Assembly (NCBI GenBank): GCA_963779415.1
Contig: CAVZYA010000002.1
Coordinates: forward strand, 1,504,001-1,568,000
From: an uncultured Acidobacteriota bacterium
GTDB taxonomy: Bacteria; Acidobacteriota; Thermoanaerobaculia; UBA5066
Length of the DNA stretch: 64,000 bases
Direction: 5' to 3'
Below are positions 56,868 through 64,000 of the stretch, piece after piece; within the stretch, counting starts at the first letter, position 1; each line of letters begins with the position of its first letter. A program made the translations under genes and the position numbers. The notes under the pieces are model-generated. The model was not told the DNA's origin, did no database searches, and saw only the letters and a program-made list of their open reading frames with translations.

Positions 56868-59800
56868 TTGAGAGGATTCGTCGGGACAGGGAAATGGGCC
56901 GTTGCGGCGCTGCTCCTCACGCGAGCCGCCGCGATGGACGGACAGACGTCGGCGGGGGGAGCGCCCGGCGCTTCGGCCATGGTCTGCCCGCTCCCGAATC
57001 TCGTCCTCGTCGGCCCGTCCTCCCTGCGCTCCGGAAGCACCTACTCCCTCTCCTGGAACGACGCCCTCGGCGGCGCTCCGGGCACGGTCTACGGTGTCGA
57101 ACGGACGGCCGATCCCACCTTCGCGACCGGAGTCTCCCGATACTCGACCAGCCAGACGTCGTTCGCTTTTCCGGCGCTCGTCCTCTCCTCGGCGAAAGTC
57201 TCCACCCTCTACCATCGCGTGTCGACGAAGAACCCCTGTACGACCCCCGCTTCCACGGCGACATCACAGGTACTGGCCATCCCGGTCAGTGCGGGCTGCC
57301 CGGCGCCGGGAACCCTCGGCACCATCAGCGTCAGCCCGCCCCGCCCGCCTTCCGGTTCCACGTACGTCGTGACGTGGTTCCACGTCGGCCCCGGCGTCGC
57401 CGGCGCCCAGGGCACGCTCGACGGAATCGTTTTTCGCGTCCGGCGGACGACGGCGGACGGTACGAACGAGTGGGTCACCGACCAGACCTCCGCGTCGTTC
57501 ATCGATTCGCCGGGAACCTACGAGTACGAGGCGCGGGCCGAGGCGACGTGCGGCACGGCCGGCCCATGGACGGCTCCGATCCAGGTGGAGGTCGTGCCGT
57601 CCGGCCCCCAGCTCGTCCTCGTGTCGGCCCCGAAGCCGATCGTCGTCTCCTGGCCGCTTTCGGCCGTGCCGGCGACGCGATTCACAGTCCGGAACGCCGG
57701 CGTCGGGGAGGCGGCGGCCGTGACCGTCTCGACGACCGCCGGAGCGCTGGCCGTGGCTCCGAAGAGCTTCACGCTCGCCCCGGGCCAGACGCAGGACGTC
57801 GTCGCGACTCTCGTCGCCGCGATTTCGATGCTGCAGAGCGCGAGCGTCACGATCCGGCTGGACGCGGGGAGCGGCGTCTCTCTCGCGGTCCCCGTCAGCT
57901 TTCTCGCGGCCTCGCCGTCGTCGAATGCCGTCCTCTGGAATCTCGCCAGCGCCGACGTGGACACGACGGGCGATCCGGTCTCCGTGAAGATCCTGAATCC
58001 GAACTACACGGCGTCGCCGTTCGCGACCGTGATCGGGGTCCCGTGGCTCTCGGTCGATTCCTTCGACGGAACGAGCTGGAACCGTCCGCTCGGCGCGCGC
58101 GAGGTGCGAAGCGTGCAGATCGTCGTCGACCGGTCGAAGCGACGCTCGGCGACGGGAACCGAGACCGGAACGATCACTCTCATCACGCCCGGAGCCGCGG
58201 AAAGCCCGAGCGTGCTCGTCGTCTCGGATGACGGCACGGCGCCGACGATCACCGTATCGCCCGGCGGCGTCGGGGCGCCCACGGGCATCGGGGGCTCGCC
58301 GGCCCAGACGCGGATCCTCTTCCCGTCGCTGGCCAACAACGCGGACGCCAAGGGTGTCGGCTGGTTCTCGTCCGACGTCTGGGTGACGAACTCGGATGCG
58401 TCGAATCCGGCGGACATCGCGATTTTCATGACCCCCGTCGTGCGCCCGACGATTGCCGGCCCCGGGGTCGCCCTTCCGGTCGCGCCGAACGTCCAGCGCA
58501 TCGACGCGCGGCTCTCACCCGGCGAGACGCGCCGCTTCCGCAACCTCCTGGCGTCCGCCTCTCTCTCGGGCGCCGCGTCCGTCGAGGTCCGATCGACGGC
58601 GACGACCGTCTCCGCAACGGCCGTCGTCAACAACCAGCCCAATACGCCCGAGGCGGCGGTCTACAGCCTTTCGACGGGCGATCCGGTGGACCAGACGCCC
58701 GTCCAGCCGGCTCCGCGGTATTTCGGCTCCGAGATGCGCCCGGTTGCCCCGGGTGAAGGGGCGAAAGCTTCGGACCCGCAATTCGTCGTCTCCGGCATCG
58801 CCTACGACCCGAGCCGGCGGACGAACCTCATTCTCGCGGAGACCTCGGGACAGGACACGGTCGTTCGTATCCAGCTCTACCAGTCGAGCGGAGATCCGGC
58901 GACGATCGGAGGAGCGCCCGTCGACATGACGCTGCTCGTCCCCGCGGGCCAGACGGTGCAGGTCAACTACCCGGACCTTTTCGACGACGCGGCGGCTTAC
59001 GTGAGTCCCTACTTCTACGCTCTCGTCACGTATCAGCCGGGATCCGGCGTCGGCGGCTCCGTCGTTCCGATGGCAACGGTCCTCGACGACCGGACCCAGG
59101 ACTTCTCGCTTCACGTCGGCTCTTCCACGCGGGCCCTCGACCCCGCGAACCTGCCGACCTCCCAGCTCCGGTCCTCTCCCGGGGGGGCGTTTTCCCTCTC
59201 AGGCGTCAGCGCGAGCCTTCCGTACGGCGGCGGCCCCTCTCCGCTCTTCTTCCCGGCGGGTCACGCGCTCGGCGCTCCGCTTGGCAGCGGGAGACAGCCG
59301 CGGTGGCGAACGCGCGTGACGATGACGAACACCGGGGGCGATCAGCGCCGCATCATTCTCGAGTTCGTGGAGAAGAGCGGTAACGGCGCCAAGGAAAACC
59401 TCGTCGCGGGCCCCATCTTCCTCGGTCCGAAGACCGTCGTCCATTGGGAGGACTTCATCGGCGAGGTGTTCGTCGTCACCGCGGGGGGCGGATCGCAGCC
59501 CCCTCCGGCGGACGAGACCTTCTACGGCAGCATGCGGATCGACGTCGCTTCCGGGGGCGACAGCCAGACGACCTGGAAGGACGTCGACGTGCAGACCGAG
59601 ATCTACACCGTCGACCCGAACGCCACGACGAGTCCCCCGGGGGAGTTCAAGACAGGGATGGAGGGGTTACCCCTACTGGCACGGCTACTCCTCGTTCCAG
59701 TCGAACCTCGGCTCCCTTCAGATGGAGGGGGCCGAAAGCTCCTCGTCCTACCGGACGAACCTGATCCTTCAGGAGACGGGGGGAGCGTCCGCGGATGTCG

Positions 59801-60061
59801 CCGTCGCGGTCTATACGGCGGGCTCGTTCGTCCCGCTCGCGCAGACGACGATCTCGCTCGCGCCCTACGACTATCTCGAACCGCGAGCTGTTCCGGAGCG
59901 TTCTCGGCCTCGACCTCAGCGACCTGACCGACGTGAGGGTCGTCATCCGCCAGGTGGCCGGCGACGGCGTCTTCATGGCCTTCGTCTCCAAGATCAATCT
60001 CGCCACGGGCGACCCGGCCAACATCTTCCTGAGGCCCGCCATGGCCGGTACCGGACGGTGA
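56868..60061 (+). CDS. Large secreted beta-sandwich protein (FN3/Ig/BACON-like N-half, duplicated two-domain C-half), two frame breaks
   Basis: Signal-like N-terminus; GTYEYEARAEATCG..GPW, VPWLSV; RTNLILAET and RTNLILQET repeats; breaks at 59667 and near 59878 join three ORF pieces to stop at 60061. Confidence 0.75.
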
Positions 60062-60065
60062 CGGA

Positions 60066-61514
60066 ATGGCATCGGGGGCCGTCGAGCGGATCGCCCACTA
60101 CCGGGTCCTGAAACGTATCGGCCGGGGCGGGATGGGGATCGTCTACCGCGCGGTGGACGAGCGTGACGGCCGGTCCGTCGCCCTGAAGGTCATCCGCGAG
60201 TCGGAGTCGGCGGGGATGGAGGACGCCGCGCACGCCCACGAGGCGCGCATCCGGTTCGACAGGGAAGCGGAGATCCTCCGGAGCCTTCTCCACGTCAACG
60301 TCGTGGCGTTCTACGAGATCGGCGAAGAGGACGGCACGCCCTGGCTCGCGATGGAGTACCTGGACGGAGTGCCGCTGACGTCGTTCGCCGGGCGCCCCTG
60401 GACGGAGACGGTGCCGCTTCTCATCCAGGCCGCCCACGGCCTCGAGTACCTCTCCTCGCGCGGCATCGTCCACCGGGACCTCTCGCCCGACAACATCCTC
60501 GTCATCGAGCGCGGAGGAGAGCGGATCGTCAAGCTTCTCGACTTCGGCGTCGCGAAGATGTTCGAGCGCGGAAGCGGCCTCGAGTCGCTCACGGCCACCG
60601 GTTTCTTCCTCGGAAAGGTCGCCTACGGCTCGCCCGAGCAGCTCGGCTCGCTCGGCGCGCGGACGATCCTCGACTGGCGAAGCGACGTCTACAGTCTCGG
60701 CGTCATCTTCTACCAGGTCCTCTCGGGCGAACGCCCCTTCGAGGGAAAGGTCCCGGTCGAGTACATCGCCGGGCACCTGAACGTCGTCCCCGCGCCCGTC
60801 GCGGCTCCTCCCGAGGCGCCGCCGCTCCCGATGGAGCTCGTTCGGCTCATTTCCCGGATGCTCGCGAAGCACCGCGAGGAGCGGCCCGAAAGCTGGCGCG
60901 AGATCATCGATCGTCTCGTCTCCGTCCTGCGCGACTCCGGGGCGACCGTGTCGACGCCGGCCCGGCCGCTTCCGGCCGCACCGGCCCCGGGCGGCGTGAC
61001 GGCCTCGACCTCCCTCGTCTCGCCGGACGGCGCCCCCCGGCCGAAGGATCCGCCGACGCGCCGCCTCCCGAGAGTTCGCCGAAGCCGGCGGCTGACGCTG
61101 GCCGCCGTGGCTGTCGCCGCCGCGGTGATCGGCGTTCTCTGGCTCGGGCGGCCCTCGCCGCCTCCGGGCAGCCCGGTGGCGGATGTGGCCCGCCCCTCGT
61201 TCTCCTTTCGCGCGAGGCGGACGCCGACCCCGGCCGCCGTCGCTCCGGGACGCTTGCAGCTCTTCGCGATCCCCTGGGCGCGCGTCGTTTCCATCACGGA
61301 CCTTGCGGACGAGCGTCCCCTTCCCCTTCCGGACGGGACTGTCACTCCGTTTCTCCTCACCCCGCTCGAGCCGGGGACCTATCGGATCGTCCTTGCCTGT
61401 CCGCAGCTCTCGGGAGCACAGCAGACGCGCGACGTGAAGGTGACGCCCGGGGAGACGGTGCCGATCGCCATCTCCTTCCTCCCCGCCTCGACGCTCGCCG
61501 AGCGGCTCCGATGA
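60066..61514 (+). CDS. Hanks-type Ser/Thr protein kinase with TM helix and PEGA-like C-terminal domain
   Basis: IGRGGMGIVY, VALK, HRDLSPDNI, DFG, SPEQ, DVYSLG; TM LTLAAVAVAAAVIGVLWL; AIPWARV..TP..LEPGTYRIVL. Confidence 0.93.
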   Translation: MASGAVERIAHYRVLKRIGRGGMGIVYRAVDERDGRSVALKVIRESESAGMEDAAHAHEARIRFDREAEILRSLLHVNVVAFYEIGEEDGTPWLAMEYLDGVPLTSFAGRPWTETVPLLIQAAHGLEYLSSRGIVHRDLSPDNILVIERGGERIVKLLDFGVAKMFERGSGLESLTATGFFLGKVAYGSPEQLGSLGARTILDWRSDVYSLGVIFYQVLSGERPFEGKVPVEYIAGHLNVVPAPVAAPPEAPPLPMELVRLISRMLAKHREERPESWREIIDRLVSVLRDSGATVSTPARPLPAAPAPGGVTASTSLVSPDGAPRPKDPPTRRLPRVRRSRRLTLAAVAVAAAVIGVLWLGRPSPPPGSPVADVARPSFSFRARRTPTPAAVAPGRLQLFAIPWARVVSITDLADERPLPLPDGTVTPFLLTPLEPGTYRIVLACPQLSGAQQTRDVKVTPGETVPIAISFLPASTLAERLR

Positions 61515-61533
61515 CATAATGCCTCTCGCTTAA

Positions 61534-62976
61534 ATGTGCCGGACACGGACTGCCGCTCTCCTTGCGGCCTTCGCGGCTGCCGTCCTGTCGGAGCGCGCCG
61601 CCGCGCAGATTGATTCGGCCCTCCTGTCGAAGCTCTCCTTCAACCTGACGAACCCGGGAGGCAAGTCGCTCGCCATGGGCGGCGCCTTCACCGCCATCGC
61701 CGACGATGCGACGGCCGCGCTCGTGAACCCGGCCGGCCTCGGCCAGCTCTCCTCGGTCCAGATGGGGCTGTCGGTCAAGCGGATCGACGAGTCGATCGGC
61801 CTCGTCACGGCCCGTTCCACGGCAACCGGAGGACTCACGGATCCGTGGGGCCCGGTCACCTCCAGCGATTCGCAGATCGGCTTTCAGAGCACGAACCTGG
61901 AGTACGCCGGGGTCGTCGTTCCGATCTCCAGCCGCGTCGTCGTCGCGGTGAGCTACGCCGAGAACCTGAGCTTCGAAGGGAGCGCCGACCCCGGCGGCTA
62001 CCAGTACGTCGAGTTCCGCGACAACCGCTCGGGAGGCGTGACGCGGCGGGATTACCTCTACGAGTACCGCGAATTCGGGGCCGTCTCGCTCCGGAACCGG
62101 CTCATCGGGCTCTCGGCCGCCTACCGGATCACCGACCGGATCCGGATCGGCGCCGGAATCACGCTCAACCGGACGACGTTCGAGATGGAGGGAGACGATG
62201 CCGGGCCGCACCGGATCGTCAGCCGGACTTTCGTCTCGGCCGTCGCCACGGAGACCCGGACGGTCACGATGAACGTGGAGGGATTCGAGGGGACGGCGCC
62301 GGCCTTCATCGGCGGAGTTCACGCGGACCTCAACGAGCGCGGCACCGTCAGCCTCGGGGCGAGCTACAGCTCGGCCGCGAGGACGGAAGGGACGCTCGTC
62401 ATCGGCGGAGACGTCCCGGCGAGTCTCCAGGGACAGGAACGGCGCCCGTTCCACTTTGCCGTCCCCTCCCAGTTCGCCGCCGGCGTCGCGGTGCGCCCCT
62501 TCCCGGGAATGACCATTGCCGGGGAAGCCCAGTGGGTCGAGTACGGCGGCGTCTGGGACGGCGCCCTGCCGGTCGTCTCGTACAGCGGCATCGTGGGCCC
62601 TTCGCCCGGAGTCCCGGTCGACAGCGCCCTCGCCACGGTAAGCTCTCCCGGCAATGCGTGGGTCCCGCGTCTCGGCGTCGAATACGTCGCGGCCTCGGGG
62701 AGCACGAGCGTCGCCTTCCGGCTCGGCTGGCACCGGGAGCCGAAGCGCGGGACGACGGAGCAGCTCGCCGTTCCCGACGGCTCCGGCAACACCTATCCGA
62801 TGAACGACCCCCCCTTCTCCGGAGGCGTCTCGACCGTCTTCAACGGCGGCACTGCCGAGAACCGGTACTCCGGCGGCCTCGGCGTGACGATCGGCCGCGC
62901 CCTGTCGCTCGATGTCGCGTTCGACGTCGGCCTCTCCGCCCAGCGCTTCGCCGCCAGCCTCTTCTGGCGGTTCTGA
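61534..62976 (+). CDS. Outer-membrane beta-barrel, FadL/OmpP1/TodX superfamily
   Basis: Signal peptide; NPGGKSLAMGGAFTAIADDATAALVNPAGL hatch motif; amphipathic strands; terminal FWRF. Confidence 0.85.
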   Translation: MCRTRTAALLAAFAAAVLSERAAAQIDSALLSKLSFNLTNPGGKSLAMGGAFTAIADDATAALVNPAGLGQLSSVQMGLSVKRIDESIGLVTARSTATGGLTDPWGPVTSSDSQIGFQSTNLEYAGVVVPISSRVVVAVSYAENLSFEGSADPGGYQYVEFRDNRSGGVTRRDYLYEYREFGAVSLRNRLIGLSAAYRITDRIRIGAGITLNRTTFEMEGDDAGPHRIVSRTFVSAVATETRTVTMNVEGFEGTAPAFIGGVHADLNERGTVSLGASYSSAARTEGTLVIGGDVPASLQGQERRPFHFAVPSQFAAGVAVRPFPGMTIAGEAQWVEYGGVWDGALPVVSYSGIVGPSPGVPVDSALATVSSPGNAWVPRLGVEYVAASGSTSVAFRLGWHREPKRGTTEQLAVPDGSGNTYPMNDPPFSGGVSTVFNGGTAENRYSGGLGVTIGRALSLDVAFDVGLSAQRFAASLFWRF

Positions 62977-62995
62977 AAGAAACGGGGTCGAGTCT

Positions 62996-63583
62996 CTATT
63001 TTATATTATAGGTGGTCGTGCCGAGCAGCCGGCGGATCTTCCCGAGCGCCCGCGTGGCGCCGGGCTCGTCCATGAGCCGCTCGGCCTCGTCGAGAGAGAA
63101 CCAGCGGAGGTCCAGTGACTCGGCGGCGTCCCGGAGGATGGCGTCGGGGGTCCGCGTGGCGAGCGCGTAGCGGACGTCGTGGTGCCGGTGCGCCGGCTGG
63201 TCCGGCCGCGCCGGGATCCCGTGGACGTCGAGGTCGAGAATCCCGGGAGAAAGGAACGTCAGGTCCCCGAGGCCGGATTCCTCGGCTCCCTCGCGGAGCG
63301 CCGTCGCGGCCGGGTCGTGCTCGCCTTCGTCGTGCCCTCCCATCTGGAGCCAGGCGCCGAGGCGGCGGTGATGGTGCAGGAGGAGCGCTCCGGTGTCCGG
63401 CCGGACGATGAAGGCGCTGCCGGTGACGTGTCCGGGAGCCCAGGTCATCCGCGCAAAGCAGGCGGGCTCCGTCTCGACGAGGGCGAGGATGGCGTCTCGG
63501 TGCGCGGCCTCTGCGGCGTCGAGAGGCAGAAGGTCCCGGAGGGCCTCGGCGAGGCGGGTGCGCGCCGGGTCGGGGCGGATCAC
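62996..63583 (-). CDS. NUDIX hydrolase
   Basis: GHVTGSA, HHRRLGAWLQMGGH, ALREGAEESGL Nudix box, HHDVRY. Confidence 0.9.
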   Translation of the reverse strand: MIRPDPARTRLAEALRDLLPLDAAEAAHRDAILALVETEPACFARMTWAPGHVTGSAFIVRPDTGALLLHHHRRLGAWLQMGGHDEGEHDPAATALREGAEESGLGDLTFLSPGILDLDVHGIPARPDQPAHRHHDVRYALATRTPDAILRDAAESLDLRWFSLDEAERLMDEPGATRALGKIRRLLGTTTYNIK

Positions 63584-63630
63584 GCCCTCGACCTTAGCAG
63601 CCCCGTCCGCTTTGCGGCATGATCCTGCCG

Positions 63631-64000
63631 ATGCACGCCCCGTTCGACCGTCCTCTCGTGGCCGTTTTCTGCGGTGCGCATTCGGGACTCTCGACACGCC
63701 ATGCCGAGGACGCGGCCGCCGTGGGGCGGGCCATCGCGCGAGCCGGCGCGGGGCTCATCTTCGGCGGGGGACGGGTCGGTCTCATGGGGGCGCTCGCGGA
63801 CGCGGCCCTCGAAGAAGGGGCGCCGGTCTGGGGAGTCATCCCGGCCGGGCTCGAAAAGAAGGAGATGGCCCATCCCGGCTGCACGCGGCTGGACGTCGTC
63901 GCCACGATGCACGAGCGGAAGCAGCGGATGGCCGACGCAGCCTCGGGGTTCATCGCGCTCGCGGGGGGCTTCGGCACGCTCGACGAGTTCTTCGAGATCG
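63631..64000 (+). CDS. LOG family nucleotide phosphoribohydrolase (TIGR00730-like), 5' part
   Basis: Translated by hand: VAVFCGA, FGGGRVGLMG, GVIP, MHERK, AGGFGTLDEFFEI. Runs off window; alternative ATG at 63619. Confidence 0.9.
   Translation, partial: MHAPFDRPLVAVFCGAHSGLSTRHAEDAAAVGRAIARAGAGLIFGGGRVGLMGALADAALEEGAPVWGVIPAGLEKKEMAHPGCTRLDVVATMHERKQRMADAASGFIALAGGFGTLDEFFEI

Noticed and set aside
54895-61514. Type VI secretion regulatory module (Fha/PpkA)
   Set aside because: No T6SS structural genes (TssB/C, Hcp, VgrG, TssJLM) or PP2C phosphatase nearby.

Overview
High-GC (about 70% by eye), gene-dense bacterial chromosomal region with no rRNA, tRNA, CRISPR array, integrase or transposase. 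Gene content and the repeat style of the secreted proteins suggest Acidobacteriota, possibly Thermoanaerobaculia (inference, not tested). Left to right: secF 3' end, DAACS symporter, dedA, rel, rpmB; pilMNOPQ with a lipidated, linker-expanded PilQ, then two lipoproteins (one a Cys-rich IPT/TIG-repeat protein) and a TPR-Roadblock fusion; accBC-aroK and coupled genes ending in an orphan flavin-dependent halogenase; an ECF sigma module with a divergent ABC exporter; hbd, Zn-ribbon-TPR, aminotransferase, proS, maeB; a small glycosylation cluster; a long minus-strand run (GNAT, PAS-GGDEF-EAL, binding-protein-less ABC transporter, CHAD, CBM9-like, ECF sigma, mutY, O-antigen ligase-like); uvrA carrying an in-frame palindromic DNA insert; and a cluster of FHA-RDD, secreted TPR, large repeat surface protein, Ser/Thr kinase-PEGA and FadL-like barrel, the best candidate for an undescribed trans-envelope system. 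At least five genes, including essential accB, have single-base frame breaks that are most likely sequencing errors. All product calls come from motif recognition by eye; no database search was run.
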